From the IMG/VR virus record IMGVR_UViG_3300036798_000105, positions 1 through 60,717 of that record: DNA of 60,717 bases; one strand, given 5' to 3'. The stretch comes from a virus (Duplodnaviria; Caudoviricetes). The position numbers and the translations under genes are program-made. Of this stretch, positions 19,801 to 28,363 are shown piece after piece. Below the pieces are notes generated by a model. That model worked only from the letters and a program-made list of their open reading frames with translations, was not told the DNA's origin and did no database searches. The first letter of the stretch is position 1, and every line of letters starts with the position of its first letter.

Positions 19801-20750
19801 GAGGTAGTCTATCAGGGCCGTTCATCTCGTTGTCTGGCGCTGATTACCTAGGTCTTGTGGCGAACAGAATCGTGTACCCGGACCCAACAAAGCCGTGGTC
19901 AGGGCAGCTAGTCAACAACGCATACGCTATGATCAATGTGAAACTAGAGACTGCAATAAAGAACCTCGTTAATTTGAATCTTGGTCCGGGAGCGATTGCC
20001 AGCCGGAAGCATTCTCTTCTCGATATCGCTACCGACTCGTCGCGCGGTCCTGCTATCAATTACATCGCGCGGTTTAGTTCCGGTGTCGACCTTAACCTGC
20101 TGGATGTACTACGATCGCTTATAGCGCAGAATAACACCAGTCCGGCCAATCCTCTTGTCACAAATACCAACATGGGCCTTAGTCTTCGCCGGAATGGCAA
20201 GCGGCTCCTGTTCGATGTCTATATACCGCGCGACCTGTCGAGTATCGCCTGGTTCTCGGAGGATACCGGTAACCTAACATCCATTGAGTTCTCTCTTACC
20301 GACCCGACGTGTACAGATGCCCTGGTCAAGGGTTCCACCGCGTTCGCGTTTGCTGCTGCGTCCAATGTGACACAGTGGAATAAGATTGAGGTATTTGTTG
20401 ATGACTCGTCCGAGACGGATGCTAAGAATCTACAGGCTGCTGCGCAGGACGCGCTCATTACCGGAGCGCAAGGTCCACAGATGGCCACTACCGTTACTGA
20501 TACGCCATTCCTTGTTTATGGCCGTGATTACGGTCTCGGGGACATAGTGACCATTCAGGTGCGTAATGGGGATGTATATACAGATATCGTCTCCGGCGTA
20601 ACGCTAACGGCGGATGCTTCTCAGTCGCCGATCATTAATGTTGTTCCCACTATAGGCAACTCTACGGCTTCAACTTCGACAGATAAGTCAGTCATAGGGC
20701 AATTGATTCATCGCATAAAGCTCGTAGAGAAAAAACTATCAACGAAGTAG
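16842..20750 (+). CDS. Large minor tail / receptor-binding protein (Ig-like, LamG and carbohydrate-binding-like modules, C-terminal siphovirus baseplate domain)
   Basis: YSATLTASGG.PPYTW...LPAGLSL Ig-like motif; split LamG; C-terminal FNAVGSW...YGRDYGLGDIV. Confidence 0.75.
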   Translation: MSEVDERAVTLPVPVRAGSFNAAAGGSPYAVPIPSGYAQGSLVQVCVTTIANVQSTSVADSNGNSFVKVAEIQWNAAGNWSYTAIWELNNAPALAANGTVNVVIPAGSAISVAVVTVPGPVVSSSAPTGLGAATAPSLATGPVPNAPALLIAYESNWTSALPWVAPVTGFGAPVTGNSTGFTSTGYANVTDPVAGVTASMTGTVSNWGMVLRIVTPANPTITSTLPNGLSGIQYSATLTASGGQPPYTWQAVGLPAGLSLNGSVISGTPIAMLYSNVTLTCTDSVGASSSTIQQLMVRSFTSPPSSKYIADVLASSPVRYWPLDDALGSLSARELVNNSTGNIFGGVTLGSPDPWGSSGAASFDGSSGEVIDSNAWNMATYNSPYSIEFLYSTMNPLGGMVEHNLSPNTGSVPNPATASYQINYSQSVAYGAAVLVIPFTDQDNVHIKDLGSYSQFSAVTSFRVSVGAGIANEFAMFTFTTTGGAGTVTVTDTKGNTYTQLIWYATATGQRTWLFQSNSKTTLTSTDYITVTTTVAVTGWSEAFSAMGLQAAYSYYNTITGTGTGPVFNNVPIGPGMKSVIWISSNETVRELVPSGFTFANVANTGGGSSLYSSLGYYQYFDHGVSMSYSPTAFMSGGSKLSLRNYSFQKGPVTLSDSGATNDGNWHHGVLAFDGVSTMSVYRDGILQGTVSTTNSYMGARFWRIGHTMLNSANTSVWVDDQDAAITYTGTWSGSGGYDPGYGFYKNTIHFSNQTGATATFKFIGTSITLWGDLVSNSGIASISIDGGTAVMVDCYAQTQQKPSAVFMASGLANVSHTIVVTVTGNKNPASADTFISIDAFIYDTASVTDAFFSGSLSHVAIYGRAITAGEVALHYGSYTAATFINPMVPPEMVWVEILDNNLVSHGVIQYATVNAQLYFNAVGSWDILVQYTDDLWNLMMLPPANGGLGGEFIIEVNWRGIFKFGGKCEQPSYIDSIPGSTGTSAGGSLSGPFISLSGADYLGLVANRIVYPDPTKPWSGQLVNNAYAMINVKLETAIKNLVNLNLGPGAIASRKHSLLDIATDSSRGPAINYIARFSSGVDLNLLDVLRSLIAQNNTSPANPLVTNTNMGLSLRRNGKRLLFDVYIPRDLSSIAWFSEDTGNLTSIEFSLTDPTCTDALVKGSTAFAFAAASNVTQWNKIEVFVDDSSETDAKNLQAAAQDALITGAQGPQMATTVTDTPFLVYGRDYGLGDIVTIQVRNGDVYTDIVSGVTLTADASQSPIINVVPTIGNSTASTSTDKSVIGQLIHRIKLVEKKLSTK

Positions 20751-20760
20751 GAGTGTCCTG

Positions 20761-21705
20761 ATGGTTACTTACGATGCTAGGCCGAGTGGCTTCACCCAGC
20801 TGACGACCACTACCGAGTGGGAGTTGTTCATGTCTGCGGCAGGAGTCTGGGATGGTATCGATGCTACGAACAGTTTCGTCCCCACGCTTGATACGGCCGG
20901 GCGTAATGCCGTCATTTCGGCAGGTTCTGGCCTAATCAAGGGTCAATTGTGGCGGTGTGATGCTTCGGTCTCGACTCCCATTCCCGCGGCATCCGGGCAG
21001 GACCGGCTCGACCGGCTAGTGCTGCGCCTGAACCGCACCGCCACAACGTCGCCTACCGTGGTACAGCCGACAGTTATTCCCGGCGCACCTAGCGGCAGTC
21101 CGGCACTTCCGCCGCTACAGCAGACTGCGGCCGGACTGTATGACATCCCGATCTCGTACTGGACATCGCATTCGACAGGCACGGTTGACACGCTTGTCGA
21201 TCAGAGGCAGTACTGCGGCCGTAACACGGTTTCGATGATGTCTACCTATCACCCGTCGCCGGCAAATGCGCGCCTCGGCATCGAACTCGACACCGGGGAT
21301 GTCTTTGTATGGGCCAATTCCGCCTGGACAGCAGTCGGCGGGAACCTGATCGGGTATGCGGCAGGCCCGCTGGGGGATATTATCGACTGGACCAATCAGG
21401 CTTCAATCACATTCAGCCTCTCCAAGTCGACAACGATAGTAGCGCATTCGCACATTATCGGCACGCAGATCACAGCAGGACCATGTACCGTGCACGTCAA
21501 TCGCGTACAGGTTGACGGGACAGCTTACGAGGTAGGGCGAGACAGGCAAGTTCCGCTGAATGACCCAAGTGCCATCTCGGGATCATGGATCGGGGTACTG
21601 GGAGCAGGACAGCATACAATAATGAATACCGCCTACTCTTCGGTAGGTACCGGTCAGGGCGCATGGCGCCTCTCGAAAGCGGCCCTGATGGTGTATGGAT
21701 TCTAG
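20761..21705 (+). CDS. Minor tail protein
   Basis: RLDRLVLRL...P.LQQ...YDIP motif; synteny. Confidence 0.7.
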   Translation: MVTYDARPSGFTQLTTTTEWELFMSAAGVWDGIDATNSFVPTLDTAGRNAVISAGSGLIKGQLWRCDASVSTPIPAASGQDRLDRLVLRLNRTATTSPTVVQPTVIPGAPSGSPALPPLQQTAAGLYDIPISYWTSHSTGTVDTLVDQRQYCGRNTVSMMSTYHPSPANARLGIELDTGDVFVWANSAWTAVGGNLIGYAAGPLGDIIDWTNQASITFSLSKSTTIVAHSHIIGTQITAGPCTVHVNRVQVDGTAYEVGRDRQVPLNDPSAISGSWIGVLGAGQHTIMNTAYSSVGTGQGAWRLSKAALMVYGF

Positions 21706-21708
21706 GGG

Positions 21709-21737
21709 TAGACGTACCCGTTCCGGGGGCGTATACT
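21709..21737 (+). promoter_or_regulatory. Predicted promoter TAGACG-N17-TATACT (possibly leaderless transcript)
   Basis: Hexamers are 6 nt before ATG 21744; CA/TG-free. Confidence 0.7.
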
Positions 21738-21743
21738 AGCCGT

Positions 21744-21884
21744 ATGGAAGTGATCATGTGGGCAGGCATAGGTGCCATGATCGCTATCGTCGTCACCGCC
21801 GTGTATGATTTCGCGAAGCATGAACGCGAGATGTACAGGCAAAGGCACTACAAGTGCTACCAGGGAAGGGAATCTAATGGCTAA
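21744..21884 (+). CDS. 46-aa single-TM protein (holin/lysis accessory candidate)
   Basis: MEVIMWAGIGAMIAIVVTAVYDF followed by a basic tail; upstream of the endolysin. Confidence 0.5.
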   Translation: MEVIMWAGIGAMIAIVVTAVYDFAKHEREMYRQRHYKCYQGRESNG

Positions 21885-22092
21885 GAACGGCAAGGACAAG
21901 AGCGGCAAGAAGGGCAAGAAGGACAAGTCGCCGCAGCCAGAAGATGAGGCACCGCGCGACCCCGCACAGCCAGAACTCCGTCAGGTACGCCCCTCGCAGG
22001 AGCCGATCCCCGAGGAGCAAAACGAGAACTGGGCATTCGGCGATATCGTCAGGGAGCCGAACCACGACGACGGGCAGGGGCAAGCACGATGA
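21877..22092 (+). CDS. Small charged hypothetical protein
   Basis: SD GGAAGGG; ATGA-coupled to the endolysin. Confidence 0.55.
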   Translation: MAKNGKDKSGKKGKKDKSPQPEDEAPRDPAQPELRQVRPSQEPIPEEQNENWAFGDIVREPNHDDGQGQAR

Positions 22093-22886
22093 CACTACAG
22101 CGAGTGTGGATTCCGTCACCCAACTACTCGTCGCGCGGTGGCTCGGGAGTACGCCTCATCGTGCTTCACACGGCCGAGGGTTCGACAACGTACGAGTCGC
22201 TGGGGAACTTCTTCGCAAGCAGCAGCTCCGGCGTCTCCTCGCACACGGGCATCGACGACAAGCGAGGCAAGATCGGCGAGTACGTCTCGCGCGGCAATAA
22301 GGCCTGGACGCAGGGGAACGCTAATCCTGTGTGCGTGGCCGCCGAGCTGTGCGGCTTCGCGTCATGGTCGGATGCTACCTGGCGGAACAGCCACAACAAC
22401 ATGCTACTGAACGCGGCCGACTGGGTGAAGGAGGAGGCGGCCAAGTTTGGCATTCCGATCACCAAGCTGACGGCGTCACAGGCGCAGGGTTCCGGGCGCG
22501 GTGTATGTCAGCATCGGGATCTCGGAACATGGGGAGGGAACCACTCTGACTGTGGGAACGGATTCCCCATGGACTATGTTCTCGACCTGGCGCGCGGTGG
22601 CACGCCTGAACCGCCGTCGTCAGGAGGCGGTGGCGGGGGCGGTTCTGCTCCCCCGATGTCCGTGGATGACTTCGGCCCGGCATACGGCAGCAACTACATG
22701 TGCCCGGATGTCAGGACGTGGCAGGAGCAGATGGACAATCGTGGCTGGGGGATAGCCATAGACGGTATCTATGGCGGGGATTCCGAGCAGGTCTGCTGTC
22801 AGTTCCAGTCCGAGAAGGGCCTTGGTGTAGATGGCATCGTCGGCCCCGACACGTGGAATGCGACGTGGAACGCACCGGTGACGTAA
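22089..22886 (+). CDS. Endolysin: N-acetylmuramoyl-L-alanine amidase plus C-terminal peptidoglycan-binding domain
   Basis: LIVLHTAEG, SSH, H.DCG..FP; DGIYG...FQ...GL.VDGIVGP.TW. Confidence 0.9.
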   Translation: MTLQRVWIPSPNYSSRGGSGVRLIVLHTAEGSTTYESLGNFFASSSSGVSSHTGIDDKRGKIGEYVSRGNKAWTQGNANPVCVAAELCGFASWSDATWRNSHNNMLLNAADWVKEEAAKFGIPITKLTASQAQGSGRGVCQHRDLGTWGGNHSDCGNGFPMDYVLDLARGGTPEPPSSGGGGGGGSAPPMSVDDFGPAYGSNYMCPDVRTWQEQMDNRGWGIAIDGIYGGDSEQVCCQFQSEKGLGVDGIVGPDTWNATWNAPVT

Positions 22887-22957
22887 GGCTAGCGATATGG
22901 TTGTGGCAGGCATCGAAACGTGTCTGCCACTACCTGTTCGTAGATGAGGAGGAGAAA

Positions 22958-23134
22958 GTGGCAACGATCGATGTTCCCGTCCGGCTAGTCATCGATGTCA
23001 TAGAGCAGGAAAAGTTCGTGATTGATGCCCTGCGTACTGACGGGGCACTACGGGTGTCGGTATGTACGATATGCTACGCACTCGCGCCCGCCGCCAAGAT
23101 AACGGACCACATGGATCGCCATGTCAGTACTTAG
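22958..23134 (+). CDS. 58-aa CxxC...HxxxH zinc-finger-like protein
   Basis: GTG after GAGGAGGAG; preceded by a hairpin at about 22899-22934. Confidence 0.55.
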   Translation: MATIDVPVRLVIDVIEQEKFVIDALRTDGALRVSVCTICYALAPAAKITDHMDRHVST

Positions 23135-23741
23135 CAGGCAAGAACTGTGGGACATGGAGCTGGAGCAGCTCTACCTCGAACGGGAGACTACCGAGCCAGA
23201 TCCCGAGATGTGGCGCTGGAGTCCGCTGGAGCTAGCGGAATTCGACCGAATGCTTTCCGTGGCAACGCATCTGCTTGCGCCGCTCAGCTCGATTCGCTTC
23301 GGAGAAGCTGGCTGTGGGATAGGCACAAAGCTATACCTCGCGGTCAACTACCATGGCCTTGAGTCAGTCGGGTGGGAGATTTCGGATGACTACCTCGCAA
23401 AGGCTCTCGTGCTAGGAGTCGACGCGCGGTACATGGACCTGCGTAAGGACTCGCCGCCATGGGCCGAGTTCGACATCGTCTATACCGCGCGACCATTCAA
23501 GGATGATGATGTCGAGATCGCCTGGGAGAGATCAGTCTGGGAGGCCATGAAGCCGGGCGCTGTCATAATGATGGCGTACACGGCGGCTAAGCCATACACC
23601 TGGCCGTGCTACTATCGGGCGCCATTCCGCGGTGTCTGGATGAAGCCTGCCGCTCCGGCGATCCCGGTCTATGACGCCATGATCAGGCGGCAGGAGCCGT
23701 ATGACCCCCTCGTGCCCGCTCCGGGGCCGGGCGGCCGGTAG
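23121..23741 (+). CDS. Class I SAM-dependent methyltransferase
   Basis: Motif I EAGCGIG, G.EI, FDIVY, MKPGAV. Confidence 0.8.
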   Translation: MSVLSRQELWDMELEQLYLERETTEPDPEMWRWSPLELAEFDRMLSVATHLLAPLSSIRFGEAGCGIGTKLYLAVNYHGLESVGWEISDDYLAKALVLGVDARYMDLRKDSPPWAEFDIVYTARPFKDDDVEIAWERSVWEAMKPGAVIMMAYTAAKPYTWPCYYRAPFRGVWMKPAAPAIPVYDAMIRRQEPYDPLVPAPGPGGR

Positions 23742-23911
23742 GCGGCCGGATCGGACCCCCGACGCGCCGCGCGGCTACCGGCCTACGGCTAACGGAAGCG
23801 GGTCCGATCCGGCTAGGATACGTCCTAGGGCTAACGCCCGTCCTAGGTACCGTCTCGGGACGGCTAGAGCTATTCGACGTAGAGCTATGAATCGGTAGCT
23901 TAGCGTAGTAA

Positions 23912-24136
23912 TCACTCGCCGTGGTCGTGGTTGATGTGTCCATACAAGCTTAGCCTGTGAAGCGTGTCGTGAAAGGATCGCCAGCATTCCTCAACATAGG
24001 CATTCGGGAATGGCGGCAGACGGCGGAAGCCTCCCAGGGAATTAGTGTGCCTTAGGTCCATGTGCTTGCGGAAGTTGTACGAGTCCATGTCGTCAGCATT
24101 ACGGACGGTCACTTGCTCTTGTTCCGTCATACTCAT
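23912..24136 (-). CDS. Small His-rich protein
   Basis: SD AGGA; resembles 33626-33823. Confidence 0.6.
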   Translation of the reverse strand: MSMTEQEQVTVRNADDMDSYNFRKHMDLRHTNSLGGFRRLPPFPNAYVEECWRSFHDTLHRLSLYGHINHDHGE

Positions 24137-24150
24137 TGTTTCCTACTTTT

Positions 24151-26427
24151 CTAGTCGGGATCTAGGATGAAGATATTGTTGACTGTAATCGGAGTGCCGA
24201 ATCCAGAGATGCGGTTCCCGATGATGACTACTACGTCGCGGTTCGGCCGGATCATGGCAAGCTTACTCAGTAGCTTAGGATACCTCCACCGGTTTACTCG
24301 GGCATACACCTCCTCATCGCTGGTGTCATAACAGTGAAGCGTAGCTCGCTTGATTAGTTCTGGGTGCCTGATCTCCTTCAGGATCTCCTCTACCTCGCGG
24401 CCAGACCTGGATCGTTCGTCTTCCACGATGTCCTTGTACTCTACCTTCCGTACCATCCCCATGTAGATGACGCGCGGTCCTGGAACCCATGTATTCGCCT
24501 TATCGCTTTGCTTCACTATGATGGATGCTAGTTGCTCTCCGTTATGCGTGGCTAGTGGAGCTGCCCCCTTCCCCTTTCCGCGCAGGAATCTGTTGACTGC
24601 CGCCAGGCGCTTCTCCGTACGGTATAGGCCGAATGGGTCCTTGGCTAGGGTCCATTCCTCCATTCGCGCGATCGTCTTGTCGCCTATGCCGGGGATCTGC
24701 TTGAGTTCAATCCAGTCATCGAACCCATACTCGCCCGCTGCTTCCTCTATGCGCTGCGCAGTAGTCGCCCCGATCTTTGGGATCTGCTGCCATCCGGCGA
24801 CTAGGCCGAGATCCTTGACTGGTCTCCAGTTAGCCCGGGAATGTTCAATGGATGGTGGCTTTACGTCGTACGAATGAGCTAGGGCATCACGCATCAGCCG
24901 GAACTGCGTCTCGGCATTACCGGCCGTCTTCTGTAGTGATGCGGCGTAGAACTCGACCGGGTAGTTTGCCTTCAGCCATGCCGTCCAGAAGGCAAGCATC
25001 CCGTACGATATCGAGTGAGCAATGTTGAAACTATAGGTGCCCGAGGTAACGAGCCGCTTCCAGATCTTGTCGGCAGTCTCCTCCGGGATGTCATGGAGGT
25101 TCTTGGCCCCGTCCGCGAACTGCCGGTATGACATCTGGAAGGCAGCTTCGCCCATCTTTTTGGAGATGATCCTGCGAATCTGGCTTACGGAGAACCAGTC
25201 GAATCCCCCGATGTCCTTGAGTATGCGAAGGATCTGTTCCTGATAGATGATCTGTCCATACGTATCGGCGGCTATCTCGTCAACAATCGAGTGGAGTCGT
25301 TCCGGCCGCTTACGTCCGTGCCTTACATCTACATACGCGGCGGTCTGCCCGGAGAACAGTGGGCCGGGACGGGAGAGCGCGTTAATGTCCGCAATATGCA
25401 TGAAGTGTTCCGGGTGAACATCACGGTTCACTAGCCGGGTCGCGCGGCCTTCAAACTGGAATACCCCTACTACGTCTCCCTTCCTAAAGACATCAATCGT
25501 CTTAGGATCGTCGTCCGGGACTGCGTATAGGTCGTTTAGCGTCAGGCCGGCCATACGGAGGCACCGCGCGATCATTCCCATTGTCGAGAGGCCAAGGAAG
25601 TCAAGTTTCAGGGCACCGGCGTACTCGGCGTCATACTTATCAATGCTCATCACCTTCACGCCGTCCTTCTCATATACCGCGCAGATGTCGGTGAGAGGAC
25701 TGTTTGCGATAATGAGGCCGGCAGCGTGAACAGACATACCGCGCACGTCACCTTCGAGGCGACAGGCTTTTTCGATGTCCGGGTACTCTTCCCTGATTTT
25801 CTGCGCTTCGGGGAATAGTTCGAATGTGTCTTCCAATGTGGAGTCAAACCGGGAGTCGCCGCCGCTACGTTCAATGAGGAGATTGGCTACACCCTCGCGC
25901 GCCCAGATCGGGATGTTGTAAACGTTAGTCACGTCGGCGAGGGAATTCTTGCCCCGGTACCGCACGAAGTTCGCGATGTGTCCCACACAGTCCGCGCGGT
26001 ACTTGTTCTCAAGGTACTCCCATACCTGCCAGCGATCCTCGTCCGAACAGTCAACATCGATGTCGGGAGGGTCCGGCCGGGTAATGTCAATGAACCTCTC
26101 GAAGAGCATCCCCTTGTACTTATGCGGAGGGATCTCCGTAATGCGGAGTAGGTAGGCTACGGCCGACGCTGCTGTGCTGCCTCTTCCAGGGCCGAACGCG
26201 ATGCCGTGATCCTTGCCCCACCTGATTATGTCCGAGGTGAACAGGAAGAAATCTGCTAGGCCGCGCGGCAGGATGAGGGACATTTCATACTTGGTGCGGT
26301 CAGCGTACCAGTCCTGGTCCGCGCGCGGTAGTGAGCCTATGTGACGATAGCGCCACCCGAACCGTACCCATTCCCACATGAGTTCTTCGGCTTCGGGTCG
26401 GCTACCCTCCAGTTTCGTTGCTTCCAT
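24151..26427 (-). CDS. dnaE: DNA polymerase III alpha (DnaE-like), polymerase half
   Basis: GPGRGS, PDIDVD, HAAG, KLDFLGL, YQEQI and FN.AH motifs. Start set by the TAATG overlap at 26427. Confidence 0.95.
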   Translation of the reverse strand: MEATKLEGSRPEAEELMWEWVRFGWRYRHIGSLPRADQDWYADRTKYEMSLILPRGLADFFLFTSDIIRWGKDHGIAFGPGRGSTAASAVAYLLRITEIPPHKYKGMLFERFIDITRPDPPDIDVDCSDEDRWQVWEYLENKYRADCVGHIANFVRYRGKNSLADVTNVYNIPIWAREGVANLLIERSGGDSRFDSTLEDTFELFPEAQKIREEYPDIEKACRLEGDVRGMSVHAAGLIIANSPLTDICAVYEKDGVKVMSIDKYDAEYAGALKLDFLGLSTMGMIARCLRMAGLTLNDLYAVPDDDPKTIDVFRKGDVVGVFQFEGRATRLVNRDVHPEHFMHIADINALSRPGPLFSGQTAAYVDVRHGRKRPERLHSIVDEIAADTYGQIIYQEQILRILKDIGGFDWFSVSQIRRIISKKMGEAAFQMSYRQFADGAKNLHDIPEETADKIWKRLVTSGTYSFNIAHSISYGMLAFWTAWLKANYPVEFYAASLQKTAGNAETQFRLMRDALAHSYDVKPPSIEHSRANWRPVKDLGLVAGWQQIPKIGATTAQRIEEAAGEYGFDDWIELKQIPGIGDKTIARMEEWTLAKDPFGLYRTEKRLAAVNRFLRGKGKGAAPLATHNGEQLASIIVKQSDKANTWVPGPRVIYMGMVRKVEYKDIVEDERSRSGREVEEILKEIRHPELIKRATLHCYDTSDEEVYARVNRWRYPKLLSKLAMIRPNRDVVVIIGNRISGFGTPITVNNIFILDPD

Positions 26428-26606
26428 TACTCTACCGTTCCGTGAAACATCTTGAAGAACCAGTCGTTCTCGTTGTCCTTGATGAATGTGATATCCCACA
26501 TCCAGTCGTGATCAAAGAGCTCACTGTCACGACCGTCTTGTACGATTGGGAAGCCGCATGCCGCGCAACGTCCGACGATACGGCTTATGTATATGTCAAC
26601 TACCAT
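26427..26606 (-). CDS. 59-aa hypothetical protein (CAAC)
   Basis: Read manually; stop overlaps the DnaE start. Confidence 0.55.
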   Translation of the reverse strand: MVVDIYISRIVGRCAACGFPIVQDGRDSELFDHDWMWDITFIKDNENDWFFKMFHGTVE

Positions 26607-26713
26607 CTGCGTATCCTAGTCCAGTCGATGGATGGCGTTGTGAGATGTAGAATCTGGATGAGGATTGTGTTGAGGATATTCCACCCGAGGAATAGCCAGA
26701 ACCACCAGGGCAT
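26600..26713 (-). CDS. 37-aa Trp-rich membrane microprotein
   Basis: MPWWFWLFLGWNILNTILIQILH; paralog of the adjacent ORF. Confidence 0.6.
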   Translation of the reverse strand: MPWWFWLFLGWNILNTILIQILHLTTPSIDWTRIRRW

Positions 26714-26717
26714 TACA

Positions 26718-26810
26718 TCATCCGCCTATTCCTATCGTTGGGTGTATTATGTGAATGAGAACTATGCTGACGATTTCCCATCCAAGGAATAGCCATGACC
26801 ACCAAGACAT
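26718..26810 (-). CDS. 30-aa Trp-rich membrane microprotein
   Basis: MSWWSWLFLGWEIVSIVLIHIIH; starts 1 nt after the PHP stop. Confidence 0.6.
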   Translation of the reverse strand: MSWWSWLFLGWEIVSIVLIHIIHPTIGIGG

Positions 26811-26811
26811 C

Positions 26812-27756
26812 TTAACTCCAGGGTTTCCAGTCTGCGTCGGATATCGGGTATTCTAGCCGGGCGGCTTTTGGCAAAGTCACATTACACTGCTCGGCGATGT
26901 ACTCGGCGTTCAGGATCGCCTCCCAGGCGGCGTTACGCGATAGGCCAGTCTTCATGAGGCGCTCGCCTAGGGCCTTATCGGACTCCGGGAACGTCATTGG
27001 TACGTCGTAATTCCAGCTTCGCATCGCATCATCGATCGACTGGTTCTTGCGGTGTACCGCGTGGAGGATGGCCTGCATGTTCGAGTCTTCCGGGCGCGGG
27101 TAATGAACATCGCACGTCGCTACGAGCGGTACACCCGTTTCATTACTGAGTCGTTCATACGCAGGGTTGATTCGACATGTCTTATCAAGTTCGTAGAAGG
27201 GCTGGACTTCGAGAAAGTAATGGTCCCCAAATAGCCGGTGAAAACGGTCGATGACGCGTCGAGCGTCATCCCAGGCATAGCCGTCTCTTGTCGTGGGATT
27301 CGGGATGCCCTTGCCTCCAACAAGAGCGCACGCGAGCATGCTTCCAGTACACCCAGAAAGAGCGAACAGATTTCCTGAATTACTTTGGAGATTCCCTCCA
27401 GAAACTGTTGGATGGTAGTGGTGATCGCGCCAAGACTGGGTGATGAGCTGACAGAGGTTTCGGTATCCATTTGCGTTCTCCGCGAGGATTGTGAGGTGGT
27501 ACTTCCATTGACTGCGGGTTTCGTCGGTTGGCCCGGTATATGCTTCGAGTCCGAAGACCGGCTTAACGCCTGCCTTCAAGGCTGCCTTTTCGAACTGGAA
27601 GTGGCTTGATGAACCGCCGTGCTCAGTCAGCGCCTGCGCGGTATAGCCTAGTTCGGCTGCGCGCTCGACATGTTTTGCCGGTAGCTTGTGGCCATCGCCA
27701 TGACTGAAGGTTGAGTGGTGTAAGTGATGAAGGGATACGTAACGCATCTTCTTCAT
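26812..27756 (-). CDS. dnaE: DnaE N-terminal PHP-domain half
   Basis: H.HSTFS..DG, ALTEHG, GLEAY, LSGC, TCDVHY. Confidence 0.92.
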   Translation of the reverse strand: MKKMRYVSLHHLHHSTFSHGDGHKLPAKHVERAAELGYTAQALTEHGGSSSHFQFEKAALKAGVKPVFGLEAYTGPTDETRSQWKYHLTILAENANGYRNLCQLITQSWRDHHYHPTVSGGNLQSNSGNLFALSGCTGSMLACALVGGKGIPNPTTRDGYAWDDARRVIDRFHRLFGDHYFLEVQPFYELDKTCRINPAYERLSNETGVPLVATCDVHYPRPEDSNMQAILHAVHRKNQSIDDAMRSWNYDVPMTFPESDKALGERLMKTGLSRNAAWEAILNAEYIAEQCNVTLPKAARLEYPISDADWKPWS

Positions 27757-27971
27757 CGGGCATCACCTCCATTCATTTTATTGAAGGTGATGTCGCCATC
27801 AATGAATCCGATTGGCCTGAGAGTTTTGTGCCATTCTTCACTCGTCACTTCATGGTCACATCCTTCGCCGTCGTAGCCGACACAGAACCACAGGTCGCGT
27901 GGCATGTCATACTTCATTTGTCCTTTATGTACGGGACATGTTAGGATTTCGCTGATATATATCTCGCCCAT
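27753..27971 (-). CDS. Small zinc-ribbon-like protein
   Basis: CPVH...C..YDGEGC; coupled to the PHP gene. Confidence 0.55.
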   Translation of the reverse strand: MGEIYISEILTCPVHKGQMKYDMPRDLWFCVGYDGEGCDHEVTSEEWHKTLRPIGFIDGDITFNKMNGGDAR

Positions 27972-28003
27972 AATTCATCCATTCGGCCTACCCTTAGTAT
28001 ACC

Positions 28004-28363
28004 CTACTTTCCGCCTTCACATCCGCGTCGGAACGTCTTGGTTTCTGGATCCCACTGGTACCAGCACACGAACTCGTCGAGTGGCATAGCATCAATGCCT
28101 TCCTCGAATCCGGTTGGCTTATGACAGTGGACGCATTCGCCGCCGTCAATGACCTGATCGAGTAGGCGGAACAGGGCTATGGTTGGGTTGATGCCAGCGC
28201 CGATGTCCCATGTCTCTCCCCATTTAGCGATGGCCATCCACACTACCGGCGGCTCATCGTCGCTGTACCGGAAGCTGAATTCGCTAGCGCCGGTACGCCT
28301 GATCAGGTCAACGCCTGCCGGTACGCGTGGGTCTTTCTCTGGCAAGTCTCTTCTCGTAGGCAT
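28004..28363 (-). CDS. Hypothetical protein (CxHC)
   Basis: TAATG coupling with the upstream gene. Confidence 0.55.
   Translation of the reverse strand: MPTRRDLPEKDPRVPAGVDLIRRTGASEFSFRYSDDEPPVVWMAIAKWGETWDIGAGINPTIALFRLLDQVIDGGECVHCHKPTGFEEGIDAMPLDEFVCWYQWDPETKTFRRGCEGGK

Noticed and set aside
26418-26792. 124-aa plus-strand ORF between the DnaE halves
   Set aside because: Antisense to a leftward operon; three coupled minus-strand microgenes explain the interval better.
24151-27756. Split-intein or intron-interrupted DnaE
   Set aside because: No Cys/Ser-start or HN-C intein ends and no intron or homing endonuclease features; the gap is filled by coupled small ORFs.
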